64,000 bases of DNA from assembly GCA_965263035.1 (NCBI GenBank), contig OZ253580.1, forward strand, positions 1,440,001 to 1,504,000. Direction: 5' to 3'. The position numbers and the translations under genes are program-made. The stretch is from Acidobacteriota bacterium. GTDB taxonomy: Bacteria; Acidobacteriota; UBA6911; RPQK01; JAJDTT01. A model generated the notes under the pieces. The model was not told where the DNA came from and searched no databases. It saw nothing but the letters and a program-made list of their open reading frames with translations. Position 1 is the stretch's first letter, and the number at the start of each line of letters is the position of its first letter. This document shows positions 49,627-60,195 of this stretch, piece by piece.

Positions 49627-51279
49627 TTATTCCTCGCTACTCCGGCCTCTTCGTTCAAGCACCGCGCGCGGGGGCGTCCAGCCGTAACTGCGGGTCACGT
49701 CGGGCCGGTAGGCGATGGTCAGGATGAAGATCCGGAGGGCCTTCGCCTTTTCGGGCGGAACGTTGACCTGGACCTGGGTGAAACCGTTGCCGAACCAGCT
49801 CTGGTAGCCGTCGATGGGACTCTCCACCAAGGCGTGTCCGTTCAAACGGAGGTCCACCAGTTGAGGCCTGCGATACGGGATCCGAAACCGAAAACCGATG
49901 CCATGGCGGATCCGGGAAGATCCAGCCGCGTCGGCCTGATTTCTTCGGTCCAGAACGACCAGGATTTCCGGGCCTGCCCGGACGAAGGTCTCAACGGCCT
50001 CGGCATCGATTCCCGATTGGTTCCGGAGGTTCGAAAGCAAGACCTCCGGATCCGAATCCAACATCCGGGACGCCTCTTTGTCCACCGCCACCAGATAACT
50101 GTCGCGGCCCTCGGTCTGGGGATAGAGGATGCCCTGCAGGAATCGCTCCTGCTTCTCCCAGAGTTCGACGCGGCTCCTGCGGCGCTCGGCGGCGGTCCGG
50201 CCCCAGGCCGTGACGTAGTGCCCGGTGAACGACTTGACCCGGTTCACCGGATAGCCGGAGATGGGCTGGCCCTGCCAGGATCCGTTTCCGATCCGCAGCA
50301 GCCCCTTCAGCCGGGCGGCGCCGGCTTCCTCCCAACCCACCTCCAGGACGGTCTGAAGGGTATGGTAGCGGGCGTATCCATATTGGGCCGTGTAGAAGCG
50401 GGTCCGGCCCCGCCACAGGCGGCCGGCCAACGGATCCAGGTCGGGAGCCCAGAATCCCCGTTGGGCATCGGCCTCGGCCCGGTCCGATCCGTACCCCGCT
50501 TCGACACCTGCCTGGATCATGGCATCGGTGATTCGGGGATCCCAGGGACGCAGCAGAAAGTTGGAATAGGCGGATCCGGTGGACTCGAACATGGTCTGTC
50601 CCCGATAGCCCCGTCTGTCACCCAGCTTGTCCTGGGGATACTCCTGGAGGCCGGTTCCATGGACGTCGGCGTGGACCTCCGGACGGTAGCGGTTCATCAC
50701 GGAAAAGACCGCCCGGATCTCCGGAACCTGTTCCAACTGCTTGAAGGACAGGTTCTCCAGGTCCCAGTTGCGGTCACCCCCTCCATAGGGATTCATTCCC
50801 TGAGACGTGCCGAAGCGATCACTCACGAAGAAGGCGTAAGGATTCACGACGGGCATCAGAAGGAGCACCTGCTTGCGGCGGGTGTCGGCGGCCTCTTTGC
50901 TGTCGCCGAGGAGCCATTCGGCCAGATGCAGAATGGTGGTGGTGCCGGAACGTTCGGGACCCCCGTGGAGTGCGGTGACGAGGCAGACCTGCTTGTCTTC
51001 GTCGGGCACGGACGAATCCGTGATCTTGAGAAGAAAGATGGGCATCTTCTCCACCGACTCGCCCACTCGCTCGACCTGGAGGATCCCGGGGTGACGCTCG
51101 GACCAGTATTCCACCGTCGCCTCGTACTCCTGGAGCGTGATGCGATGCACCTTCTGCTTCCAGGGCTGGGGCAGTCCAGCCAGCACCTGACCCAGATTAG
51201 GTTCCGGATTCTGCCTCGCCGGCAGCCCGCCGGAGACAAAGGGTAGTGACACCGCCAGGAATAAAGAGATCTTCTTCAT
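49627..51279 (-). CDS. Secreted M14-family zinc carboxypeptidase-like protein
   Basis: VGESVE, ALHGGPE, PVVNP, ADVHG; signal peptide MKKISLFL at 51279. Confidence 0.75.
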   Translation of the reverse strand: MKKISLFLAVSLPFVSGGLPARQNPEPNLGQVLAGLPQPWKQKVHRITLQEYEATVEYWSERHPGILQVERVGESVEKMPIFLLKITDSSVPDEDKQVCLVTALHGGPERSGTTTILHLAEWLLGDSKEAADTRRKQVLLLMPVVNPYAFFVSDRFGTSQGMNPYGGGDRNWDLENLSFKQLEQVPEIRAVFSVMNRYRPEVHADVHGTGLQEYPQDKLGDRRGYRGQTMFESTGSAYSNFLLRPWDPRITDAMIQAGVEAGYGSDRAEADAQRGFWAPDLDPLAGRLWRGRTRFYTAQYGYARYHTLQTVLEVGWEEAGAARLKGLLRIGNGSWQGQPISGYPVNRVKSFTGHYVTAWGRTAAERRRSRVELWEKQERFLQGILYPQTEGRDSYLVAVDKEASRMLDSDPEVLLSNLRNQSGIDAEAVETFVRAGPEILVVLDRRNQADAAGSSRIRHGIGFRFRIPYRRPQLVDLRLNGHALVESPIDGYQSWFGNGFTQVQVNVPPEKAKALRIFILTIAYRPDVTRSYGWTPPRAVLERRGRSSEE

Positions 51280-51364
51280 ACGAATCCACCTCCTGACGCG
51301 GGACCGGACTGGCCGCGCGTCCCCGCTTCCGAATAAACTTATGCTAATGAGCCATTTGGCGAAA

Positions 51365-53488
51365 ATGAAACCCTTTTCCAAGCTTCTGATATCGACCTGG
51401 TTCCTCTGCATGTGCTCCGTCAACCCATCCGAGGCCTCTCAATCCTTGCGCGTTCTCCCCGAAAGGATCAACCAGGTGGAGACCAGGAAGATGGTTCGCC
51501 ACTATATGCTGGACCAGGCCGGGAAGGCGTTCCAGCGTCGCGAAGCGGCGTTCGAGGAACTCAAGACTCCCGAGCAGATGCGCGAGCACCAGCACCGCAT
51601 GCGGGAATTCCTGCGGGCCCAGCTCGGGGACTTTCCCGACCGGACCCCGCTCAAGGCTCGCGTCGTGGGTCGCCACCAACGCGACGGCTACAGCGTCGAG
51701 CGAGTCCTGTACCAGAGCCGTCCCGGGCACACCGTCACGGCGCTCCTCTATCTCCCGGAGGGGCCGCCCCCCTACCCCGGGGTTCTGATCGCCTGTGGAC
51801 ACGCGGCCAACGCCAAATCGTCGGAACTCTACCAGCGCGCCGGTGTCCTGCTGGCCCAAGGGGGGATGGCGGCTTTGTGCTACGACCCCATCGGTCAGGG
51901 AGAACGCCACCAGATTCTCGAACCGGACGGACGGCCCCGCTTCGAGAACGGAATCGAGCACATGTTGGTGGCGGTGAGTTCCATTCCGCTGGGACTCAGC
52001 GCCGCCACGTACCGGATCTGGGACGGGATCAGGAGTCTCGACTATCTGACGAGCCGTGAGGAGATCGATCCGGATCGGATCGGACTCACGGGAAACTCGG
52101 GAGGCGGACTGGTGACCACTCTCCTCATGGCCCTGGACGAGCGCATCGCCTGCGCCGCGCCATCGTGCTACGTCACTCACGTGAAGGAGCTGCTGCACAC
52201 GAACGGGCCAGGAGACTCGGAGCAGCAGGTCTACGGCGAAATCGCCCAGGGTCTGGGCCACGCCGACTACCTCATGATCCGGGCCCCGAAACCGACCCTC
52301 ATCTGTGCCGCGACCCGCGACGAAGTGTTCGACATCTCGGGATCGTGGCGGACTCTGAGAGAGGCCAAGCGCTTCTACGGACGCCTGGGTTATCCGGAAC
52401 GGGTGGACTTGGTCGAAGCCGACGTGACCCACGGCTTCTTCCGCCCCCTGCGGGAGGGGATGGCGCGCTGGATGCGGCGCTGGCTGCTGGGGATCGACGA
52501 CGGCCTCCGGGAGGACGATTCTCCTCTCCTGAGTGACGATGAAGGGTCCACGCAGGAGTTCATCGTGGCCCAAGGGGCGGACTACAGCGAGTTCAACCGG
52601 GTTCGCCTTCCCGTGATCCAGTGCAGCCCGCGGGGCCAGGTGCAGCTCATGGAGGGCGCTCGCTCCGTCTTCCAGTTCAATCGGGAACGGGAAAAGGAGC
52701 TTGCCGTTCTGAGGCGCGCCTACTGGAAACGAACTCCGAGAGACGAAGCGCTGGATGAGGTCCGGCGCTTGGCGGGAATCCGCCGTCTCCACGAACTGCC
52801 CCCCTTGACGACGGAAGATACGGGAACCCTGAGCCGTCCCGGGTACACGATTCACAAGCTGATCCTGCACCCGGAGCCGGGCATCCGGCTCCCCGCCCTG
52901 CGCTTCGTGCCCGATGCCGGCAGCCGCGATCTGGTCCTGTACCTTCACGGACAGGGCAAGCAGGTCGATGCCGGTCCGGGCGGTCCCATCGAAAAGCAGG
53001 TGCTGGAAGAGCGTGAGGTCCTGGCCGTCGATCTGCGAGGCGTGGGAGAGACGGAGCCGGCCAAGGGCAAGTGGGGCTACGGTCCGCTGTTCGGACCGGA
53101 CTGGGAAGAATTCTACATGGCCTACATGCTGGGCCGATCCTACCTGGGGATGCGGGCCGAGGAAATTCTGGTGATCGCCCGCAAATTGGCGTCCGCCTCG
53201 GGGTCCGGCACCGCACGCGGAGTTCACTTGGTGGGAATCGGCGAGGCCGGACCCGCCGCCCTCCATGCCGCGGCTCTGGAGCCGGCGCTGTTCGACTCAC
53301 TGGAGCTGCGCCGGTCGCTGGTGTCCTGGTCCAACGTGATTCAGACCGAGGTGCCCGTCAACCAGTTGGTGAACACGGTCCACGCGTCGTTGCAGAAATA
53401 CGATCTGCCCGATCTTCTGAAGACCCTTTCCGGGATGAAGGTCAGGGTCGTCGAACCGGCCGACGGCGCCGGTGAGCGGTTACGTTAG
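51365..53488 (+). CDS. Secreted two-domain alpha/beta-hydrolase (acetylxylan esterase-like)
   Basis: CGH, YDPIGQGER, GNSGGG nucleophile; second degenerate domain VDLRGVGET. Confidence 0.8.
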   Translation: MKPFSKLLISTWFLCMCSVNPSEASQSLRVLPERINQVETRKMVRHYMLDQAGKAFQRREAAFEELKTPEQMREHQHRMREFLRAQLGDFPDRTPLKARVVGRHQRDGYSVERVLYQSRPGHTVTALLYLPEGPPPYPGVLIACGHAANAKSSELYQRAGVLLAQGGMAALCYDPIGQGERHQILEPDGRPRFENGIEHMLVAVSSIPLGLSAATYRIWDGIRSLDYLTSREEIDPDRIGLTGNSGGGLVTTLLMALDERIACAAPSCYVTHVKELLHTNGPGDSEQQVYGEIAQGLGHADYLMIRAPKPTLICAATRDEVFDISGSWRTLREAKRFYGRLGYPERVDLVEADVTHGFFRPLREGMARWMRRWLLGIDDGLREDDSPLLSDDEGSTQEFIVAQGADYSEFNRVRLPVIQCSPRGQVQLMEGARSVFQFNREREKELAVLRRAYWKRTPRDEALDEVRRLAGIRRLHELPPLTTEDTGTLSRPGYTIHKLILHPEPGIRLPALRFVPDAGSRDLVLYLHGQGKQVDAGPGGPIEKQVLEEREVLAVDLRGVGETEPAKGKWGYGPLFGPDWEEFYMAYMLGRSYLGMRAEEILVIARKLASASGSGTARGVHLVGIGEAGPAALHAAALEPALFDSLELRRSLVSWSNVIQTEVPVNQLVNTVHASLQKYDLPDLLKTLSGMKVRVVEPADGAGERLR

Positions 53489-54318
53489 CTCGCTGGTCGC
53501 TACTGCTGGAAGCGTGACGCTCCTGCACGAAACGAATCCAACCTGAAGACTATCCGCTCCTGGCCTTGCGGGTGAAGTATTCGGCGTTGGCGGGAAATGA
53601 ACTCAGGCGCTGCATCAGATCGTTTCGTACGCCCCGAAAGGCGTCCAGATGCTGCGGATTCACCGGTTTCTCGGGTGGAAACCGGAGCTTGGAGGGGTTC
53701 AGGTACCGACCGCTCCGATCCTGGATCCGATAGTCCAGGTGGGGTCCCGTGGAGAGGCCGGTGGATCCGACTCTCCCGATGACCTGCCCCTGATCCACGC
53801 GCTGGCCATGGCGCACCTGGACTCGGGACAGATGCGCGTAGCTCGTGGAATATTGTCCGTGGCGGATCCTCACCATCTTCCCATAACCCCCGTTGCGACC
53901 GGCAAATGCGACGGTGCCGGTGGCGACCGAGAGCACCTCGGTGCCGGTGGGTGCACCGTAGTCCACCCCCAGATGCGGACGCCGCCGTTTCAGTACGGGA
54001 TGGTATCGGGAGTAGGAGAAGCCTGAAGTGATGCGCGGATCGAACTTGAAGGGCACCCGGAGGAACGCCTTCCGCAAGGAGTTCCCCCCCTCGTCGAAAT
54101 AATCCTCCTTGCCCGTCTTGGGATCCGCAAACAGGAATCCGAAGAAACTCCTGTCCATCTGGTCGAAGCGGACGGCCAACACATCGCCGTACTTGACGAA
54201 CCGGCCGGCCCGGTACTTCTTCTCCACCAGCAAGGTGATCGAATCCTGGCGCTGCAGCTGGGTGAAGTCGAGGTCCCAGCCAAGAATGTCCAGGACCTTG
54301 ATCACGAGCGCGTACTGC
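53079..54318. repeat. 1240-bp direct repeat, copy A (esterase 3' end plus M23 peptidase 3' part)
   Basis: Matches 60192-61431 with the same 7113-bp offset at both ends. Confidence 0.92.
53550..54318 (-). pseudogene. 5'-truncated duplicate of the M23 peptidase gene
   Basis: Matches 60663-61431 only from QYALVIKV onward; lacks the N-terminus. Confidence 0.88.
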
Positions 54319-55087
54319 AACGCTTGTGGATGCAATCGGACTGCGTACAGTGGAGCAACCCGACCAGAAGGTATTCGTGATAGAGGAAGCAATACTGCTA
54401 GCAGCAACTGGCGATGTCGGTTTGTCACAACGACTCCAAACAGCCGTTGCAATGGTGTGGAGTGGTACCCGCTCGTCTGTGAAACGCAAAGACCACACCA
54501 TCATTGCCAAGGCTGTCACTACTAGCGCGAAAAAAGATTTGGCAGACACTGGCCTCCAAGTAGGGTCACAAATCCCTCCCAATAACAGGGCTCCGCTGGG
54601 TGCGTTAATAGCATTCCCAACAGAGAAGGATCTGCACCTGTATGAATATCCAGTAGGAGACCTGCAACCGACACAAAAAACTAGAGGACTCTGGCATGTA
54701 TCTATGGGCAGCGGGCAAATGCTGTGTGATCCGTTTCTAGGTTTCTTGCGAAGGATATTTTGGCCAAAAGTGCAGCCGACTCTAAGCGAGGGAATCTTCG
54801 CCGTGACGTGGGCTCTACAGTACGCAATAGACCTCAACACCGGCGGCATTGATGGGCCAATACAAATTGCTATACTCGTGCCTAAAACACACGACGTGCC
54901 CACCAAGAAACGCGGTAAGAAGGGCAATCAGATTAGGAATTATGAAGCGCGATTGCTGCACGAAAGGGAGTTAGGGGAGCACATCCAAAAGGTGGAAGAA
55001 GCCGAAAAGCACCTGGGAAAGTTGCAAGATACGTGGGAGGATGACGGCGAACCAATGGAGACCCCACCGTCCCTAACTGTTCAGTAG
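54317..55087 (+). pseudogene. 5'-truncated proteasome beta-subunit-like Ntn hydrolase
   Basis: ATL..RTVEQPDQKVFVI, AATGDVG, SMGSGQ, GGIDGPIQIAIL; no N-terminal Thr; lower GC than flanks. Confidence 0.6.
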
Positions 55088-55112
55088 GAAGCGTCCCCGC
55101 CACCTGAATGAT

Positions 55113-57108
55113 CCCAGATTATTCATGGAACATGTTGATAAGGGCTTCCAACCCGGCGTTTTCGTGCGGTCGGAGCCCGGTTTCTCTTGAAGCTCTGTCG
55201 ATTCGACTGAATCGGCTCAAAAACAGGACGATTGAACCAGTCATAAACCGTTTTCCGGCCAGGGGGACCGTCACCCGCCGACAGATTGACTTTCCGGTGA
55301 GAAATCCCCACCGTTTCGGTCCCTTCCACGGGCCCGATGCCTCCTCCGTCCACTATCCCGGCGCCCAGGACACCCGCGCCAGTCTCTGCCACAACTCCTT
55401 CCAGTCCGTCGCCCCTTGACTGATGACGAAAATCAATCGCCTCCCCTGACGTAGCGCCCGACTCGCCACTCGCAACACCCGCTCGCGAAAACGACGCAGA
55501 CTCCAGCCCCGACGCGTCGCCTGCTCCATCAGCACCCGACCCAGGTGCAGGATCTCGTACCCCAGAAGATTCAGCAGGAACAAGACTTCGTTGTGGGGTC
55601 GAACGCCGGCCTCCGTCCTCGCTTCCGGCTTCGCTTCCGACTTCAGCGGTTGGCCCCGATAGTGCGTCTTGGGCCGGCTCGCGGAGGACAAGGCCGGATC
55701 GAGCACGTCCATCAACTCCCCCATGTGCCCTTCCGCCTTCCCCCGCTTTCGATACTGTGTCAGCAACGCTTCCGCCTCATAACGCTTCCGGCTCAGGCTC
55801 GTCAGCAACCAGAAATGATCCGGATACAACTCCCCCGGTCGCTCCCGCACCACCAGCACCACCCGGCGCGCCCGATCCCAACTCTCCGCCTGGTAGGTCA
55901 GCTCATGGAACCAGAGCCTCGGCGGCTCTTTCGGGGATCGCCCCGCCGGCTGGGTCAAGTAGGGCTTCGCCATCCGGTTCAGGACCTCATTCTTGCGGAT
56001 TCGAGCGATATAGGGCACGCTTCTCGACTCCAGCCCCTTCAGCAGCCCCGGCTCCGGGAACCCCGCATCCATCCGCACGATCATCGAGCCGCACAGACGC
56101 CCCCGACAGCGGTCCACCACCCGCAGCGTCAACTTCAGCGCCTTTTTCCCCAGGTAGCTGGCTCCCGGAAAAATCTCCCCGTCGATCAGGTCCCCCGTCT
56201 CGGCACAACTCGCCACCAACCCGTGGTACATCCGCTGGCGATAGTATCCGTTCCATTCGCTTCCCGGGGGATGCCCATGGACCTCGACCGGGAGACCGTC
56301 CACGTCCAGGTACATCGTCTTTTTCCGTCTCTTCTTCCGTGGGGTCTTTTTCCCCCGTTTTCGCCGCCGGCCTTCGATCATCTCGATCCGACGGCACGCC
56401 AGCTCCGTCACCGCCTGGTGCAGGACCGAAAGGTTCTCCTCCCGGCTGAGCGTGTCCAGCAGTCGGGACAAGGTCGGCTGCGATGCCAGCCCCTGGCCCT
56501 CCTCCAAGGCCGCCGTGCCCCGACGGGTCTGGCTCGCCACCCGCAAGCTCGGATCCTGACGCAGGCGGTCGGCGTCGGACTGGTCGCGCCAGCCCTGACC
56601 CAGCAGCAGGAGTCGAGTCCGCAGCAGATCCGACAGCGGATAGCGGATCGAACTCGGGTGTCGCGGATCGTGCAACCGCTCGGTCAACCAGTCGATGAGG
56701 CCGCTGCGCTCCATCAGCTCCCGTTGCACCAGGGCTCCCGTGTCCGCACTGAGCAACTCGGGGCGGGTCTCGAGGCGGAGGGATCGGTTGAATGAGGGCC
56801 GGATCTGCGGTATCGTCTCAGGCATGGCGTGCTCCGTTTATTGTGGTTGTTTCTTAGCACTATAATCATACCACAAATGACGGGCACGCCGTCTCTTTAT
56901 GCCGCCCTTGGAGGGGACGAAAACCGTGGAAATGCTTGGGTTTCGGCCCCACTTGAATCCTGGGGTTAAACCGACGTTGAAAACAAATATAGCGTTTCAC
57001 CCAGGTCGGATCCCATCCGTTTTCTGTGGGTATCCCGTAACCCTCTGATCCGACTCGACATGACGGGCACGCTTGCTCATTTTATGTTTGCGTGATGAAT
57101 AATCTGGG
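55113..57108 (-). mobile_element. IS1380-family insertion sequence (1996 bp)
   Basis: Perfect 14-bp IRs CCCAGATTATTCAT / ATGAATAATCTGGG; 5-bp target duplication ATGAT at 55108-55112 and 57109-57113. Confidence 0.92.
55353..56825 (-). CDS. IS1380-family DDE transposase
   Basis: SADTG, LASQPTLSR, LDVD, VRMDAGF, YRKRGKAE motifs. Confidence 0.9.
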   Translation of the reverse strand: MPETIPQIRPSFNRSLRLETRPELLSADTGALVQRELMERSGLIDWLTERLHDPRHPSSIRYPLSDLLRTRLLLLGQGWRDQSDADRLRQDPSLRVASQTRRGTAALEEGQGLASQPTLSRLLDTLSREENLSVLHQAVTELACRRIEMIEGRRRKRGKKTPRKKRRKKTMYLDVDGLPVEVHGHPPGSEWNGYYRQRMYHGLVASCAETGDLIDGEIFPGASYLGKKALKLTLRVVDRCRGRLCGSMIVRMDAGFPEPGLLKGLESRSVPYIARIRKNEVLNRMAKPYLTQPAGRSPKEPPRLWFHELTYQAESWDRARRVVLVVRERPGELYPDHFWLLTSLSRKRYEAEALLTQYRKRGKAEGHMGELMDVLDPALSSASRPKTHYRGQPLKSEAKPEARTEAGVRPHNEVLFLLNLLGYEILHLGRVLMEQATRRGWSLRRFRERVLRVASRALRQGRRLIFVISQGATDWKELWQRLARVSWAPG

Positions 57109-57167
57109 ATGATCCCGGTTTTAGAAGGTTGATGGCTCAGAGCCGAGGGCGCAGGGTCAAACATCCC

Positions 57168-58492
57168 ATGGAAAGTACAAACTGGAAGAGCAGGACCATG
57201 TGGACCGGGGACAACCTGGACATCATGCGGGGCATGAACTCCGCGTGCGTTGACCTGATCTATCTGGACCCACCCTTCAATTCTAACCAAAATTTCAGTG
57301 CGCCGATTGGCTCCCTGGCCGCCGGAGCCGCGTTCAAGGACACCTGGACCCTTCCGACCTCGACGTGGCCTGGATGGGCCTCATAGCGGACAGGGAGCCG
57401 TCCCTGTTCTCGGTTTTGAAGACGGCTCGCCTGACGACCCATGGGAAGAGCATGCAGAGCTACCTCTGCATGATGAGCGTCCGCCTGATGGAGATGCGCC
57501 GGATTCTCAAGCCGTCAGGTTCCGTCTACCTGCACTGCGACGACACGGCGGACGGCTACTTGCGGCTGGTCATGGACGCCGTGTTTGGCCGGGACAACTT
57601 CAGGAACTCCCTCACGTGGAGAAGGTCCACGGCGCACAATGATCCAGGGCGCTACGGACGCAACACGGACACTCTCCTGTTCTATTCCAACGGAGAGAAG
57701 CCGACCTGGAATCCCACAGACGCGGCCACGCCCAAAACTGACGCCCAGTTAAAACAAGCGTATCCAAGTGCGGATCGACGAGGAAAGTACAGGAATGCCG
57801 ATCTTACCGGAGCAGGAATCAGACACGGTGAGAGTGGCCGTTCTTGGAGAGGCTTCAATCCAACCCACAGTTCACGTCATTGGGCCGTTCCGATTATCAG
57901 CTCTTATGCCGCTTGGATCGAAGAGGCCATAATTCCAAATTACCGAAGCATTGAGGGTCCGCATGACCGGCTGGACGCATTGGACCAAGCCGGAATGATT
58001 ATCCACCCTTCCGGGAGAAGGAAATGGCCCGGAATAAAACGCTATGCCGAAGCGGACCAGGGTAACCTCCCTCAGAGCTTAATAATGGAGCCCATCGGGT
58101 TCACCAATTACAGCAGGAGCAAAGAGCGCGTCGGCTACCCAACCCAGAAACCCTTGGCCCTCCTGGACAGGATCATCAAGGCCTCTTCCAATCCCGGAGA
58201 CATGGTGCTGGACCCCTTTTGCGGTTGCGCGACAGCATGTGTGGCAGCAGAACGTCTTGATCGGAAATGGGTAGGGATAGATATTTCCGAAAAGGCCGCC
58301 GAACTGGTTCAGGTCCGCATCCGCCAAGAAATCAACCTGCTGCACCTGTTCCGTCCAATTCACCGCAAAGACATTCCACTAAACGGGAACACTAGCGAAA
58401 GAAACTTCCCCCAATCACCTCCGTCCTTGCGAAAGAGTACAGTAGGCACCGACGTTCACGGGGGAAGTGGGTTTGTCAAGTTCTCTGGATAA
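57168..58492 (+). pseudogene. Frameshifted beta-class N4/N6 DNA methyltransferase
   Basis: GDNL, VDLIYLDPPFNS in the first frame; frameshift near 57352; GSVYLHCD, YPTQKP, LDPFCGCAT in the second frame. Confidence 0.85.
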
Positions 58493-58496
58493 TCCC

Positions 58497-58527
58497 CAAA
58501 GAAAAAGGGGTCGCCGAAGCGACCCCT
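58497..58527 (-). terminator. Rho-independent terminator of the ankyrin/peptide operon
   Basis: Minus strand AGGGGTCGC-TTCG-GCGACCCCT-TTTTCTTT, 32 bp after the peptide stop. Confidence 0.85.
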
Positions 58528-58559
58528 CAGATACTAGACTCCAACTCGGTCGGCCGGAG

Positions 58560-58784
58560 CTACCCGTACAGGCAGTCCCAGTATTCCGCGAAACATCTCG
58601 CGATCATGTCATCGTAGACGTAGCGGCACTGGGATTCTTCATTGCGGCTCATGCAGTCCCAGTACCACCAATCGGCGTAGTTCGTGCACATGGCGAGAGC
58701 TTGCTCGCAGAGACCGGCGTAAGCGTTGCCGGCAAGGAGGAGAACCACTACGAAAAGGACTGTCGTGGCGATTTTCTTGTTCAT
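58560..58784 (-). CDS. Small secreted cysteine-rich peptide (6 Cys)
   Basis: Sec signal ending AYA; mature 51 aa with Cx6Cx10Cx8Cx10Cx6C; TAATG coupling to the upstream gene and an RBS (GAAAGG). Confidence 0.8.
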   Translation of the reverse strand: MNKKIATTVLFVVVLLLAGNAYAGLCEQALAMCTNYADWWYWDCMSRNEESQCRYVYDDMIARCFAEYWDCLYG

Positions 58785-59581
58785 TATTCGTACCTTTCTG
58801 GAATTTCTGGAATTGACATTGGTCTTGCGCGTTTCATCGCGTCCATCAGAGACACGATGGTTTTGCTGGCGATTTCCGGTGCCTCACGCATCCGCCTCAT
58901 GGCTTCCGCAAAGTCAGGTTTGGCAGCAAACGCTTGCTCCTCCGTGAGCCCATCCTCCGTGAGCCTCTGATTCAGAAAGTCCTCTCCCCGGACCTTGATC
59001 GTTCCGCTGATGTTCATTTTCTTGGCAACATCGTAGGGAAGTTGCCCGTCAACGTTCCGCATCCAGGGGTCGGCTCCGCCGTCCAGAAGCGTCTGGATCA
59101 GCGCATAGGTCTCCTCGGTGGGCCGCGTTACCGCTACGTGAAGCTGCCGGTAAAGAGGCGTGTGCCCAAACTCACCATGAACGTTAGGATCTGCTCCGGC
59201 GTCCAGCAGAGACCGTACCTGCTCGACCGTGTAGGCGTAGAACATGGGAGTCTCGTTGCAGTTCTCCAAGTGGGAGGCGTCCGGGTCAGGAATTCCATCT
59301 TCCGCCGCGTGAGTCAGCAACTCGATGCAGGCTTTTACGTTGGACGGCAGTTCCGTCCGCTTCATGAGTCCTGCTGTCTCTGGAGGGCAGCCCACGCAAT
59401 CAGAGTCCCGCCGGGTACGCCGGAACGATGTGGAGTGCGGTGGGGTCGGCAAAGGAGCTTGAGACACTTCATGCTCCGTGTGTGGAGTTGGTTCGGGTTT
59501 GCGACTCGGTCGAAACCACAGACCCACAAGCAAGATTAGGACCAATCCCCCAGCCCAAAGATGCCATTGAGCAAATTTCAT
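58784..59581 (-). CDS. Membrane-anchored ankyrin-repeat protein
   Basis: N-terminal TM, Pro-rich linker, CVGC; ankyrin motifs ETPM..LLDAGADPN, GHTPL..LLDGGADP, GQLPYDVA. Confidence 0.82.
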   Translation of the reverse strand: MKFAQWHLWAGGLVLILLVGLWFRPSRKPEPTPHTEHEVSQAPLPTPPHSTSFRRTRRDSDCVGCPPETAGLMKRTELPSNVKACIELLTHAAEDGIPDPDASHLENCNETPMFYAYTVEQVRSLLDAGADPNVHGEFGHTPLYRQLHVAVTRPTEETYALIQTLLDGGADPWMRNVDGQLPYDVAKKMNISGTIKVRGEDFLNQRLTEDGLTEEQAFAAKPDFAEAMRRMREAPEIASKTIVSLMDAMKRARPMSIPEIPERYE

Positions 59582-60057
59582 TCCTGTTCCTTCCGTTAGT
59601 CGTGAGTAAGAGGCGTCACGATCGGTCGGGCTCGGCGTGTCCTACCAGTTTCCTGGTCGGTTCGCGTCAAGCCCTAGGTAAGATCAGGAGGAGGACTGTC
59701 CTTGGGTGCAGACGAGGTCGACTGTCAGGGTGTGGGGAATCTGATGCCCAGCCGACCACGCAACTTTTTTTAGCACACACTTCACCGACTGTCAAGGAGA
59801 ATCGAGGGCGATCTCACTCTGTTCAATTGTGGAGTGCTCTCCACGACGTGAGGAGAGGGGAGACAGGGTCTTCGTTGTCCTTGGCCCAAGCGGACGGGGG
59901 ATCAGGGGTGGCGGGCCATGGACATGGAGGTCAGTCCGGCCAGAAGGGACCGGTTTGAGGCCCCAATGGGGCCGAAACGACCGAGACCAAACCTGAGGAT
60001 TCCCGGATCGAGGGCCGGTTCGTGGAGTTGGGACAGGAGACGGCGCCGACGGCTGGG

Positions 60058-60195
60058 TCAGCCCGGCTCGGTGAGAGCGCGGATCGCTTGGTTCCGGTCC
60101 ATGGCGAAGTGCTGAACGGCGGCTTGGACCTGGGTGAAGCCCCGATGGAAAATGATCGCCAGCCCCGTCTGGTTGACGATCGCGTTGTTGGACGG
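60058..60195 (-). pseudogene. C-terminal remnant of an ISAs1-family-like transposase
   Basis: Manual translation PSNNAIVNQTGLAIIFHRGFTQVQAAVQHFAMDRNQAIRALTEPG*, resembling ISAs1 C-termini from memory. Confidence 0.5.

Noticed and set aside
54319-54927. Minus-strand ORFs (53550-54452, 53500-54927) as novel chimeric M23 proteins
   Set aside because: Their N-termini are antisense read-through of the proteasome-like gene across the junction, with no signal peptide or RBS.
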